Shown: piece by piece, positions 32,122 to 42,146 of the stretch
How positions within the stretch are numbered: position 1 is the first letter of the stretch
Layout: every line of letters starts with the position of its first letter
From: Elusimicrobiota bacterium
GTDB lineage: Bacteria; Elusimicrobiota; Elusimicrobia; UBA1565; UBA9628
Direction: 5' to 3'
Assembly (NCBI GenBank): GCA_027319565.1
Contig: DAHVNA010000002.1
Coordinates: forward strand, 1 to 64,000
Length of the DNA stretch: 64,000 nucleotides
Notes under the pieces: model-generated
Told to the model about the DNA's origin: nothing
Database searches by the model: none
The model's input: the letters and a program-made list of their open reading frames with translations, nothing else
Program-made: the position numbers and the translations under genes

Positions 32122-33387
32122 TTAAGAACCTCCGCCTTCTTTCCGCGCGATATCGCGCCTTAACCCCATTCCCGGAAAAAAAATCCTCGACGCCGTCCGA
32201 TAGGCTTTCCGGCGAGCCTCTGAAATCTTAGAGGCCGTTCCGACCAAGCTTAAAACCCGTCCGCCAGAAGTCCGCCACTTTCCATCTTGAAAGGCGGTTC
32301 CGGAGTGAAAAATTTGGATCTGCCGGTATTTTCGTTCTAACCCCCGAATGAGCCTTCCTATTTTAATTTTTTCCGGGTATCCTTCCGAAACCAAGTTAAT
32401 ACACACCGAAAAATCTTTCCGAACTTTAAGGCGCATTCCTCTTAATCTCTTATGAGAGGCCGCCTCCAAAAACAAGAGAATGTCCGATTCAATGAGCGGC
32501 AAAACGGCCTGCGTTTCCGGATCTCCAAAGCGGCAATTAAATTCTAAAACCTTGGGCCCTCTATCCGTCAAGATAAGGCCGCAATATAAAATTCCCCGGT
32601 AATCCATTTTTTCTCTCTGAATTCCGCGCAGAACTTTTTTAAAAATAACATCAACTTCTCGTTTTGTCTTGTCGGAAACGAGAGCGGGCGCAAACGCCCC
32701 CATGCCGCCGGTATTTGGGCCGCGGTCTCCGTCTTGAAGACGCTTGTGATCGCGGCTAAAGGGAAGAAAGACCAAGGACTCGCCATCGATAAAGGCCATC
32801 GCGCTCAATTCCGGACCCCGCAAGAACTCTTCTATGACGACACAACTGCCCGCATCCTTAAATATCTTGTCTTCCATCAATTTCTTGGCGCTTAAGAGAG
32901 CCGCCTTTTTATTTTCACAGACAAAAACGCCTTTGCCGCCGGCAAGCCCGCTGGCTTTAACCACCAAGGGCCTCTCGGGAGTTTGAGAGAGATAGCAGGA
33001 AAGTTCGTCAAAACTTTCAAAAACCTTGAAATCGGCGGTTGGAATTTTATATTTCGCCATAAACGCCTTTGCAAAGGCCTTGGAAGATTCCAGCCTCGCC
33101 GCTTTTTGGGTGGGGCCAAAACAGGCGATTTTTCTTTTCTTAAGCTCATCGGCGACCCCGGCCGCCAAGGGAGCTTCGGGACCGACGACAACCAAGGAAA
33201 TTTTATTTTTCTCGGAAAAATGGGCGATCTCAGACGGATTTAAAAGGTTAAGACTCACGCACGTAGCCACGCGAGAAATTGCGTCAGATCCCGGCGCGCA
33301 AAAAAGCGTTTCCAATTGAGAACTTCGGGATATTTTTTCGCAAAGAGCGTGTTCCCTGCCTCCGGAACCCAAGACCATTACCTTCAA
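32122..33387 (-). CDS. purD: Phosphoribosylamine-glycine ligase
   Basis: GSGGREHAL, VGPEAPL, LESSKAFAK, GLAGGKGV, GPNTGGMG, EFNCRFGDPE. Confidence 0.97.
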   Translation of the reverse strand: MKVMVLGSGGREHALCEKISRSSQLETLFCAPGSDAISRVATCVSLNLLNPSEIAHFSEKNKISLVVVGPEAPLAAGVADELKKRKIACFGPTQKAARLESSKAFAKAFMAKYKIPTADFKVFESFDELSCYLSQTPERPLVVKASGLAGGKGVFVCENKKAALLSAKKLMEDKIFKDAGSCVVIEEFLRGPELSAMAFIDGESLVFLPFSRDHKRLQDGDRGPNTGGMGAFAPALVSDKTKREVDVIFKKVLRGIQREKMDYRGILYCGLILTDRGPKVLEFNCRFGDPETQAVLPLIESDILLFLEAASHKRLRGMRLKVRKDFSVCINLVSEGYPEKIKIGRLIRGLERKYRQIQIFHSGTAFQDGKWRTSGGRVLSLVGTASKISEARRKAYRTASRIFFPGMGLRRDIARKEGGGS

Positions 33388-34760
33388 CGCTCAATGCCCC
33401 CTTTCCCGGCCGCAACCCGTATCTGATCGGGAGCCGAAGTCGGATAATTTTTAGTAAAGCAGGCATCGCAAAAATGGGCGCCTCCGGCGGCGCCGAGCAT
33501 CGCTTCCAAACTGAGATAGTGAAGGCTGTCGACTCCAATAAATTGGCGGATTTCATCTAAATTGCGCTGATTGGCGATCAAGGCTTCGGATTGAGGCGTG
33601 TCAATTCCATAATAACAGGAAGAAATAATCGGGGGACTGGTAATTCCCATGTGAATTTCTCGCGCTCCCGCCTCTCTTAGACTCTGGGCGATTTTGCGGG
33701 AAGTGGTTCCGCGGACAATTGAATCGTCAATCAAGACTATTTTTTTGCCTTTAAGAGCTTCTTTAACCGGACTTAATTTCAAATCGACCGCGATCTCTCT
33801 GAGAGCTTGGCTGGGACGGATAAAGGTTCGGCTGATATAGTGGCTGCGCACAAGCCCAACCTCAAAAGGAATCTTGGATTCTCTTGAAAATCCAAGCGCC
33901 GCCGGCACTCCGGAATCGGGAACCGGCATCACGATATCCGCTTGAATTCCTTTCATTTCTTGCGCTAGAGCCCGCCCCAAGGCTTGCCGGACAGCTTGAA
34001 CCCCTTTTCCAAAGACCAATGAATCGGGCCGGGAAAAATAGACCAGCTCAAATACGCAGCGCGAAACGGCTTTGCGAATTGGAATTTTTACGCTCTTTAA
34101 AACCCCTTGTTTGATAAAAACGATCTCCCCGGGTTCGATTTCCCGGATATAAGAGGCCTTAATCAAGGACAAGGCGGTCGTCTCGGAACTGACGACATAT
34201 GAATCGCCCAATTTCCCAAGGACCAAGGGGCGAAACCCGTGGGGATCCCGGCAGGCAATCATCTGATCTGCGGTTAAAATCACCAAAGAATAAGCCCCCT
34301 CGATTGCCTTAAGGGCTTCTATCAGCGATTGTTCAAAATCTCCCCTCCCATGAGCGATTAAATGTAGAATCGCCTCGGAATCGGTCGAGGAATGAAAAAT
34401 CGCTCCGCGGTCTTCCAAATTTTTTCTGATGTTTGAGGCATTGGTGAGATTTCCGTTGTGTCCCAGGGCTAAAACCCCGTGCCTGGTTTTAGACACCAGG
34501 GGCTGCGCGTTTTTAATATGGCTAGAGCCGGTGGTCGAATAACGCACATGCCCGATGGCCGAAACCCCGCTTAGTTTTTCAATTCGTTTTTCCGAAAAAA
34601 CATCGGAAGTAATTCCCATCCCGGTATGAAAATTGATATTCCCGTTGAGGGCGGAGGCGATTCCGGCCGACTCTTGCCCGCGGTGTTGAAGGGCAAAAAG
34701 GCTTAGGTAGGTTAAATGCGCCGAGTCCGGATGATTTTCAATGCCAAAAATTCCGCACAT
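33384..34760 (-). CDS. purF: Amidophosphoribosyltransferase
   Basis: MCGIFG, LQHRGQES, GHVRYST, DDSIVRGTT, YYGID. Confidence 0.97.
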   Translation of the reverse strand: MCGIFGIENHPDSAHLTYLSLFALQHRGQESAGIASALNGNINFHTGMGITSDVFSEKRIEKLSGVSAIGHVRYSTTGSSHIKNAQPLVSKTRHGVLALGHNGNLTNASNIRKNLEDRGAIFHSSTDSEAILHLIAHGRGDFEQSLIEALKAIEGAYSLVILTADQMIACRDPHGFRPLVLGKLGDSYVVSSETTALSLIKASYIREIEPGEIVFIKQGVLKSVKIPIRKAVSRCVFELVYFSRPDSLVFGKGVQAVRQALGRALAQEMKGIQADIVMPVPDSGVPAALGFSRESKIPFEVGLVRSHYISRTFIRPSQALREIAVDLKLSPVKEALKGKKIVLIDDSIVRGTTSRKIAQSLREAGAREIHMGITSPPIISSCYYGIDTPQSEALIANQRNLDEIRQFIGVDSLHYLSLEAMLGAAGGAHFCDACFTKNYPTSAPDQIRVAAGKGGIER

Positions 34761-34769
34761 GGGAAAATT

Positions 34770-35546
34770 TTAGCCCCGGCAATAGTCGACCGCGTTTTTT
34801 AAAATAGCCATGCCAAAGGCCTGTTTTTGAAAAGTCTGTCTGGTCCAATTGGGATGCTGGTAATTTTTCGTGTATCTTTCCGGGTGGGGCATCATTCCCA
34901 GGCAATTGCCCTCCGGATTAGTCAAAGCCGCGATATTAAAAACCGAACCGTTGGGGTTGGCCGGATAGGGCGCGATTTTTCCGTCATCTGAAACATATTG
35001 CATCGCAATTGAGCGATTGCGTTTTAAATCTTCAAGCTGTTTGGGGCTTCTCAAGACTAATTTCCCCTCCCCATGGGCCACCGGAAGTTCAATCATCTCC
35101 GGAAGCCCCCTAAAAAACAAAGAGGGATTCTGGGTGTTGATGCGCAAATGCACCCAGCGATTTTCAAAACGCCCGGAATCATTGGTAATTAAGCTCGCGC
35201 TCTGCTCGCAAGAAGGCGAAAACGGCAATATTCCCGCCTTGACCAATACCTGAAACCCGTTACAGATTCCGATGACTGGGCGCCCCATCCGGATGAAATT
35301 TTTAAGATCGCCAATATGGAGTTTGACTTGCGCCGCCAGAATTTTACCGGCCGAGATTTCATCCCCGTAAGAAAAGCCGCCTGGAAGAACGAAGATATCG
35401 TAATCCAAAAGACGGACGCGTTTTTCTTTAAACAAGTGAAGTCCGATAATTTCGGGCTTGGCCCCCAAATCAGAAAAAGCGTTGGAAGTTTCAACGGCGC
35501 AATTGGTTCCCGGCGCGGATAAAATCAAAACCTTGGACGCTTTCAC
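34770..35546 (-). CDS. purQ: FGAM synthase glutaminase subunit
   Basis: PGTNC, PGGFSYGD, GICNGFQ, AHGEG, MMPHPER; likely GTG start at 35546 overlapping the purL stop. Confidence 0.95.
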   Translation of the reverse strand: MKASKVLILSAPGTNCAVETSNAFSDLGAKPEIIGLHLFKEKRVRLLDYDIFVLPGGFSYGDEISAGKILAAQVKLHIGDLKNFIRMGRPVIGICNGFQVLVKAGILPFSPSCEQSASLITNDSGRFENRWVHLRINTQNPSLFFRGLPEMIELPVAHGEGKLVLRSPKQLEDLKRNRSIAMQYVSDDGKIAPYPANPNGSVFNIAALTNPEGNCLGMMPHPERYTKNYQHPNWTRQTFQKQAFGMAILKNAVDYCRG

Positions 35547-37966
35547 GATAAAACCGTCCTCTGCCATGCCGCCTTAAACGGAGTCACCGACTCTTCAAAC
35601 AGGACCAGTCCATCTAATCCGATAATTTTAATAATGGGATTTGCGAGGCTAGTCCCAATTTTTTTAATGCAAGATCCCTTGACGCATTTAATAAAAGCCG
35701 CTTCATTCTCGGGTTTGACTTCCAACAAAATCCGGCTGGGAGTCTCGGAAAACAGCAAAACATCGGTTGAATAAATAGGCTTCTGCTTGGGAATGGCGTC
35801 CAAATCGAGCATCGCCCCAAATTCTCCCGAGAAAGCCATCTCGGTCAAGGCCGCCAAAAGCCCGCCCTCGGATAAATCATGGGCGGAGGCGACTAATCCT
35901 TTGGAAATCGCCTTGGAAACTGAGGCAAAATTTCTTTTGGCGCAGCGAGCGTCCACGCGCGGAACAGTTCCCCCGGAGATCCCGTTTAATTCGTTGTAAA
36001 GAGATCCGCCCATATCTTCCCCGGTTTGACCGACGATATAAAGCGAGTTTCCCGGGCCTTTCATATCCATCGTAATGGCCTTTTCGATATTGGGAATCGG
36101 GGCAATCGAGGAAATAAGAAGGGTTCCTGGAACAGAAACTGTTTTCCCAAAAGCGTCTTTTGACTCATTATAAAGACTGTCTTTTCCGGAAATAAAGGGA
36201 ATCTGAAATCCTAAAGACGCATCGCGGCAACCCAAGGCCGCTCGCACCAGCGAACCCAAAACCTGGGGATTCTCGGGATTGCCCCAACAAAAATTATCCA
36301 AAAACGCGGCCCGTGAAATATCGGCCCCCACGCAAAGAATGTTCCGAAGAGCTTCATCGGCGCAAAGCCAGGCCATTAAATAAGGATCCAATTTTCCCGA
36401 AGCCGGGTTGAGACCATGGCCGACGGTAAAACCGGACAAATCCGAAGTGTCTCCGGTCGCCGCCTGCGGCCAGATCACGCAAGCGTCTCCAGGGCCGTCA
36501 TGCCGCGCCCCCTGAAGCGGCTTAATCACGGTGCCGCCTTGAACTTCGTGATCATATTGCCGAATCAACCACTCGCGGCTGCAAACGTTTAAATGTGACA
36601 AAATGTCCTTGAGCTGTTCCGGCAAGGATTTAGCCGGGCGCGGAGTTCGGGATTCCGACAGCTTGACCGGGTTATAGACGGCCTTTTTTTCCTCTATAGG
36701 AAGCCCGTTGTTGAGAAATTTAAGCGAGAGATTAACCAAGTTTTGCCCGTTCCAGGAAACCTCAATGCGGCCGGTTTTGACGAATTCGCCGATCACGCGA
36801 ATTTTGACTCCTTCATCGGCAAAAACTTTTTCAAAAGCCTTTAAATTCGAGGGAGAAACGGCAAAAACCATCCGCTCCTGAGATTCCGAAACCCAGATTT
36901 CCCAAGGCTCCATATCGGAAGCCTTGAGAATTTCTTTTTCAAGAAAAACGCGAGCTCCGATAATATCTGCCATTTCGGTGACAGCCGAGGAAAAGCCCCC
37001 CGCCCCGCAATCGGTGACCGAACGGTATAGTTTCTGGTCCCGGGCTTTTAAAAGCGCTTCCATGACGCGTTTTTCATTGAGCGGATGTCCAATTTGAACC
37101 GCAGTCGAGTGATCATCGCCGTTTAAATTGGCGGAGGAAAAGGTAGCGCCGTGAAGCCCGTCTTTGCCGGTCAACCCTCCGGCGGCCACAATTAAATCTC
37201 CCGGGCGGATTTCCTTTTTGACCGCTTGCGCCGGCAAAACCCCGACGCAACCGACAAAAACAAGGGGGTTTAAGGCGTATCCATCGTCAAAATAAAGCCC
37301 ACCAGCCGCCGTCGGAATTCCCATCCGGTTTCCGTAATCCCTGACTCCGGCGACAAGACCGCGTAAAATTCTCTCCGCGGAAAGAGCGGAAGGCGGCAAG
37401 GGCAATTTTTTATTCGGGGGAGCCACGCAAAAAATATCGGTCGATAAAACCGGTTTCGCGCCAAGCCCGGCGGCCAAAACATCTCGAATGACCCCGCCAA
37501 GACCCGTTTCCGCTCCGCCTTTTGGCTCAATGGCGCAAGGATGATTATGGGTTTCGACTTTAAAAGCCAATGCCCATTTGCCTTTATTTCCGAAGCTGAC
37601 GATTCCGGCGTTGTCTTTAAAAACAGACAGGCACCAAGGCTTTTTAGTCTGGCGGGTAGCCCGCGCGATGGTTTCCTCAAAAAGATTTTTGATTAAAACG
37701 GTTTTAGAGCCTTCCTGATAGCGAATGGGAGACTTAAAGGTTTTATGCCGGCAATGCTCCGACCAACTTTGGGCGATGGTCTCCATTTCCGCGCGAGTGG
37801 GATTTCTTTTAAGGGACTTAAAATGCGCCTGAATGGTTAAAATTTCTTTTTCATTTAAAGACCAAAGATTCTGAACGCTCAAATTCATCAATCCCTTGGG
37901 GGCCAAGGAATTAAAATCAGCCATCTCCTGGGAAGACTTAACCGCGCTTTCTATTTTCTCTGTCAT
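35543..37966 (-). CDS. purL: FGAM synthase synthetase subunit
   Basis: WSEHCRHK, KVETHNHP, DCGAGG, SESQERM, ISGKDS, HDLSEGG; ATG 37966 overlaps the purS stop. Confidence 0.96.
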   Translation of the reverse strand: MTEKIESAVKSSQEMADFNSLAPKGLMNLSVQNLWSLNEKEILTIQAHFKSLKRNPTRAEMETIAQSWSEHCRHKTFKSPIRYQEGSKTVLIKNLFEETIARATRQTKKPWCLSVFKDNAGIVSFGNKGKWALAFKVETHNHPCAIEPKGGAETGLGGVIRDVLAAGLGAKPVLSTDIFCVAPPNKKLPLPPSALSAERILRGLVAGVRDYGNRMGIPTAAGGLYFDDGYALNPLVFVGCVGVLPAQAVKKEIRPGDLIVAAGGLTGKDGLHGATFSSANLNGDDHSTAVQIGHPLNEKRVMEALLKARDQKLYRSVTDCGAGGFSSAVTEMADIIGARVFLEKEILKASDMEPWEIWVSESQERMVFAVSPSNLKAFEKVFADEGVKIRVIGEFVKTGRIEVSWNGQNLVNLSLKFLNNGLPIEEKKAVYNPVKLSESRTPRPAKSLPEQLKDILSHLNVCSREWLIRQYDHEVQGGTVIKPLQGARHDGPGDACVIWPQAATGDTSDLSGFTVGHGLNPASGKLDPYLMAWLCADEALRNILCVGADISRAAFLDNFCWGNPENPQVLGSLVRAALGCRDASLGFQIPFISGKDSLYNESKDAFGKTVSVPGTLLISSIAPIPNIEKAITMDMKGPGNSLYIVGQTGEDMGGSLYNELNGISGGTVPRVDARCAKRNFASVSKAISKGLVASAHDLSEGGLLAALTEMAFSGEFGAMLDLDAIPKQKPIYSTDVLLFSETPSRILLEVKPENEAAFIKCVKGSCIKKIGTSLANPIIKIIGLDGLVLFEESVTPFKAAWQRTVLS

Positions 37967-38442
37967 GAACAAGCCGTCACTGAATAAAGGTGAATGATTG
38001 GATTTAAAAGACATTTCGCGGCCGCCGCTTCAATCTGGGGTTTGCCGCATTTAGATTCAATTTTATAGACCGAAGCGACGCGAACAAAATCCGGGGCGGG
38101 AAAACCCATTTCAATCATCGCGTTTTTAATGGTATCGGCCTCCGGATCTAAAACCGTGGGTTTGAGCCTGACCTCAATTTTCCAAAAAGGACCCTGGCTT
38201 GAAGGCATTTGAGACACAATGCGAAAGTCCTCGATAATCTGATCGCAAAGCAGATCCCGGCTTAAGCGATTGATATGAGTAACGGTAAAATTTCCACGAA
38301 TTTCGTAGAGGCGGCTTCTGCGCACCCGCACGACGGAAGGCGCTCCAGAGGCTTTCAAAAGAGACGCCGTGGACAAAGATTCCGCATCGCCATATTCTGA
38401 TTTAAGTGAAACCTCTATTTTATGTGTCGCCGCCGCAATCAT
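37963..38442 (-). CDS. purS: Tandem (double-domain) PurS
   Basis: Two repeats: KIEVSLK...LLCDQIIEDF and KIEVRLKPTVLDPE...LLNPII. Confidence 0.85.
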   Translation of the reverse strand: MIAAATHKIEVSLKSEYGDAESLSTASLLKASGAPSVVRVRRSRLYEIRGNFTVTHINRLSRDLLCDQIIEDFRIVSQMPSSQGPFWKIEVRLKPTVLDPEADTIKNAMIEMGFPAPDFVRVASVYKIESKCGKPQIEAAAAKCLLNPIIHLYSVTACS

Positions 38443-39341
38443 TAGGACTTGAGCATCTTTAAAAATTGAAGATATCGGCTTTGGGTTTGTTCGACAATTT
38501 CTCGCGGAAGAATAGGCGGCGGCGAGTTTTTATCCCAGCCTGTTTTGTCTAAATAATCCCGAACGAATTGTTTGTCGAAACTGGACGGAGACGAACCGGG
38601 CCGGTAAAGGCTGGCGTCCCAAAAGCGAGAAGAATCCGGCGTCAGCATCTCATCAATGACCATCAGTTCAGAGCCGACAAAACCAAACTCGAATTTAGTG
38701 TCGGCCAAAATGAACCCGTGGGATCTGGAATAACCGGAGGCAAACTCGTAAATTTGAAGAGTCGCCTTTTTAAGCTTTGAGGCGGTTTCAGACCCGACCA
38801 GGGATTTAAGCTCTTCAAAAGAAATATTCTGATCATGCCCTTTTTCGGCCTTGGTAGAAGGAGTAAACAAGGGATGGGGAAGAATAGAAGCTTCCAGCAA
38901 GCCCTCCGGCAAAACTTCTCCGCACACCGAGCGGGATTTCTTATATTCCTTAAAACCAGAGCCGGCCAAATAGCCGCGGGCGATACATTCGGCATCGACG
39001 CGCCTGGCTTTTTTGACCAGCATCGTTCGCCCTTCCAGATTTTCCCACAAAGCCTGGGCGCTTAAAGGCATTTGTTTTTTAATCTCTTGAAGGTCCGCCG
39101 TGATCAGGTGATTGGGAATTATCTTTTTCGTCAAATCAAACCACAAGAGGCTTGCCTCGGTTAAAATCTTTCCCTTACCCGAAATCGGGGTTTCCAAAAC
39201 CCAATCAAAAGCGGAGAGGCGATCGGTGGAGACAATCAAAAGCTTGTCCCCCAAATCATAAACGTCCCGGACCTTGCCTCTCCTCAATAAGGGAATTCCC
39301 GTCACCTCTAAGAGATCCGCGCTCAAGGTCTTCATTCCCAT
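38442..39341 (-). CDS. purC: SAICAR synthase
   Basis: RGKVRDVY, TDRLSAFD, RGYLAGSG, ADTKFEFG, TPDSSRFW, DKQFVRD. Confidence 0.97.
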   Translation of the reverse strand: MGMKTLSADLLEVTGIPLLRRGKVRDVYDLGDKLLIVSTDRLSAFDWVLETPISGKGKILTEASLLWFDLTKKIIPNHLITADLQEIKKQMPLSAQALWENLEGRTMLVKKARRVDAECIARGYLAGSGFKEYKKSRSVCGEVLPEGLLEASILPHPLFTPSTKAEKGHDQNISFEELKSLVGSETASKLKKATLQIYEFASGYSRSHGFILADTKFEFGFVGSELMVIDEMLTPDSSRFWDASLYRPGSSPSSFDKQFVRDYLDKTGWDKNSPPPILPREIVEQTQSRYLQFLKMLKS

Positions 39342-40906
39342 TCAATGGTCGCCGGTGGCTTTGAGGTAATGTCATAGACCACCCGGTTAATTCCTTTCAC
39401 TTCCCGCGTAATTCGGTCGGAAACGCGGCGAAGCAAATTTTCCGGCAAACGCGCCCACTCCGCCGTCATCCCGTCGACACTGGTCACCGAGCGAAGAACG
39501 ACGGCGTTTTGATAGCTTCTTGAATCTCCCATAACCCCGACAGTCCTGACCGGCAATAGAACCGCAAGAGCCTGCCAGACCTGCGAATAATATCCCGCCT
39601 TCTTAAGTTCATCGACAAAGATGGCGTCGGTATTGCGGAGAACCTCAAGCCTGTCTTGATTAACTTCGCCAATAATTCTCACCGCAAGCCCGGGGCCCGG
39701 AAAAGGATGGGCCAATAAAATCTCATCTGGAATCTGAAGCTCCGCGCCCAAGCGCCGGGCCTCATCTTTAAAAAGAAAACGCAAGGGCTCAATTAACTTT
39801 AAGCTCATTTTTTTAGGCAAGCCGCCGACATTGTGATGACTCTTAATCGCAGAGGACGGACCGCTGACGGGAGAAGACTCGATGACATCCGGGTACAAGG
39901 TCCCCTGGGCCAGAAAAGCCGCGGATTTAATCTGGCGGGCCTCTTTTTCAAAGACATCGATAAAAGTTTTTCCGATCACCTTTCGCTTTTTCTCCGGATC
40001 GCTGACGCCTTTAAGGCGCTTAAGAAAAAGCTTGGAAGCGTCGATAATTTTGACATTGATGCCCAAGGATTTTCCCAAAACCGTTTCCACTCGTTCTCTT
40101 TCGCCCAAACGCAAAAGCCCGGTATCGACAAAAAATGCGTGGAGCCTGGAACCGATCGCTTTGTTGATTAAAGCCGCCACCACCGCGCTATCAACCCCTC
40201 CAGAAACGGCACAGACGACACTGGACTTGCCTACCTGAGACTGAATCTGGGAAATAGCTTCCTTTAAAACGTAAGAAACCGTCCAATGAGATTTGATGCC
40301 GCAAATATTACGCGCGAAATTTTCGAGAATTTTCCCGCCTTGGCTGGTATGGGCGACCTCCGGATGAAATTGAAGCCCGTAAATTTTCTTTTTCTCGTCT
40401 TCAATGGCCGCGATTGGACAATCTTCCGTTTCGGCGATAATCTTAAATCCATTCCCCAAACTCTCGACGCTGTCGCCGTGGCTCATCCAAACCCTAAACA
40501 AGCCAGAAACCCCGCTAAAAATCGCGCTTTCTTTAAGAGGCCGCACTTCCGCCTCGCCGTATTCCCTGTTATTTGAGGGTCTCACCTTCCCGCCATGCTC
40601 ATGAACCAAAAGTTGCATCCCGTAACAAATACCCAAGACGGGAATCCCCAATGAAAAAAGGTCGGCGGAAGTTTTCGGAGCGTTTTTATCCATAACCCCG
40701 GAGGGCCCGCCGGAGAGAATGATGCCCTTAGGAGCTATTTCGGAAATTTTTTCCTTGGAGATGGAAAAAGGGACGATCTCGCTAAAGACCTCCAGTTCCC
40801 GCAAACGCCTCGCCAGCAGCTGAGTGTATTGGCTTCCGAAATCGAGGATGAGAATTTTTTCCGAAGGTCTCACCCCTTGAACGGTCTCCAAGGATCGGCC
40901 TCTCAT
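39332..40906 (-). CDS. guaA: GMP synthase (glutamine-hydrolysing)
   Basis: DFGSQYTQL, GICYGMQ, QFHPEV, SGGVDS, IKSHHNVGG, KPPATIEWE. Confidence 0.98.
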   Translation of the reverse strand: MRGRSLETVQGVRPSEKILILDFGSQYTQLLARRLRELEVFSEIVPFSISKEKISEIAPKGIILSGGPSGVMDKNAPKTSADLFSLGIPVLGICYGMQLLVHEHGGKVRPSNNREYGEAEVRPLKESAIFSGVSGLFRVWMSHGDSVESLGNGFKIIAETEDCPIAAIEDEKKKIYGLQFHPEVAHTSQGGKILENFARNICGIKSHWTVSYVLKEAISQIQSQVGKSSVVCAVSGGVDSAVVAALINKAIGSRLHAFFVDTGLLRLGERERVETVLGKSLGINVKIIDASKLFLKRLKGVSDPEKKRKVIGKTFIDVFEKEARQIKSAAFLAQGTLYPDVIESSPVSGPSSAIKSHHNVGGLPKKMSLKLIEPLRFLFKDEARRLGAELQIPDEILLAHPFPGPGLAVRIIGEVNQDRLEVLRNTDAIFVDELKKAGYYSQVWQALAVLLPVRTVGVMGDSRSYQNAVVLRSVTSVDGMTAEWARLPENLLRRVSDRITREVKGINRVVYDITSKPPATIEWE

Positions 40907-42063
40907 TTCCCCATCCCGATTCTCTGGGTTCTTTGAAAGATTTTTCCTTCAGTCCGAATCGCTGGGGCGATGATGATTTCGGCGGACTGCATTTCTCTAA
41001 TATTGGAAGCCCCAAGAGAACCCATGCAGGTTCTCAAAGCCCCCACCAAATTCTGGGATCCATCGTCTAAACGCGAAGGACCGTATAAAATTTCTTCAAG
41101 GCTGCCGGTGACTCCCACCTGAATCCGCGTTCCCCGCGGAAGATTCTGATGCGGAGTCGCCATTCCCCAATGAAAACCTTGGCCCGGAGCTTCTTTGGAG
41201 CGGGCAAAGGCCGACCCCACCATCACTCCATCGGCTCCGCAGGCGACGGCCTTGCAGATATCCCCGCCGGAAGACATTCCACCATCGGTGATGATAGGAA
41301 CGTAGCGCCCTGTCCTCTTATAATAATAGTCTCGAGCGGCGGCGCAATCAACAGTCGCGGTAACCTGGGGAACGCCCAAACCCAAAACCCCCCGAGTCGT
41401 ACACGCGGCCCCGGGGCCCACCCCAATCAAAAGTCCGGAAACCCCGGTATCCATCAATTCCGAAGCCACCGAATGAGTCACGCAATTTCCCACCACAACT
41501 GGAATCTTCATTTTTTTGCAGAAAGAAGCGATATTAAACGGCGTGTATTTTTTGGCTTGATGTCTGACCGTGGTCACCGTTGACTGAACGACAAAAAGAT
41601 CGCACCCCGCTTCTTGGGCGATGAGGCCGTATTCGTCGGCGTTTTGAGGAATGGTGGAAACCGCGCAGGGAACCTTAGCGGCCTTAATTTCGGAAACTCG
41701 CTTGGCGATCAGCTCTTTTTTAACCGGCTTTTGATAAATTTCCTGAACGAGTCCCGTGGCCTCCTCAGGGCTTGCCTGCGCGATTTGATTCAAAACTTCG
41801 CGGGGATTTTCATAGCGGGTATTGACCCCGTCTAAATTCAGAACTCCCAGCCCGCCTTGCTTTCCCATGGCAATGGCAAAGGCCACGTCGACAACGCCAT
41901 CCATGGCGGAAGCAAGAAAAGGGATTTCGAGGTTGATGGGGCCGATAGACAAGCGCGTATCCACCTCGTCCGGGTTAATCGTCAAGTCTCCAGGGACCAG
42001 AGCTATTTCGTCAAATCCATAAGCCCGCCGGGCCTGCCTGTCTCGTCCAATAAAAAAAGACAT
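40903..42063 (-). CDS. guaB: GuaB3-family IMP dehydrogenase
   Basis: RRAYGFDEIALVP, ASAMDGV, GVGPGAACTTR, GFHWGMATP; no CBS pair; ATG 42063 with GGAGG. Confidence 0.92.
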   Translation of the reverse strand: MSFFIGRDRQARRAYGFDEIALVPGDLTINPDEVDTRLSIGPINLEIPFLASAMDGVVDVAFAIAMGKQGGLGVLNLDGVNTRYENPREVLNQIAQASPEEATGLVQEIYQKPVKKELIAKRVSEIKAAKVPCAVSTIPQNADEYGLIAQEAGCDLFVVQSTVTTVRHQAKKYTPFNIASFCKKMKIPVVVGNCVTHSVASELMDTGVSGLLIGVGPGAACTTRGVLGLGVPQVTATVDCAAARDYYYKRTGRYVPIITDGGMSSGGDICKAVACGADGVMVGSAFARSKEAPGQGFHWGMATPHQNLPRGTRIQVGVTGSLEEILYGPSRLDDGSQNLVGALRTCMGSLGASNIREMQSAEIIIAPAIRTEGKIFQRTQRIGMGK

Positions 42064-42083
42064 TGCCACCTCCCTTCGAGAGA

Positions 42084-42131
42084 TATGATACAAAATACCT
42101 AGACGCGAAGAAACCGGTTTTTTGTATCATA
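42084..42131. promoter_or_regulatory. Perfect 12-bp inverted repeat in the divergent guaB/SPFH promoter region
   Basis: TATGATACAAAA (42084-42095) N24 TTTTGTATCATA (42120-42131); each arm contains a TATCAT -10-like hexamer facing outward. Confidence 0.65.
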
Positions 42132-42146
42132 ACCGAAGGAGACTCT

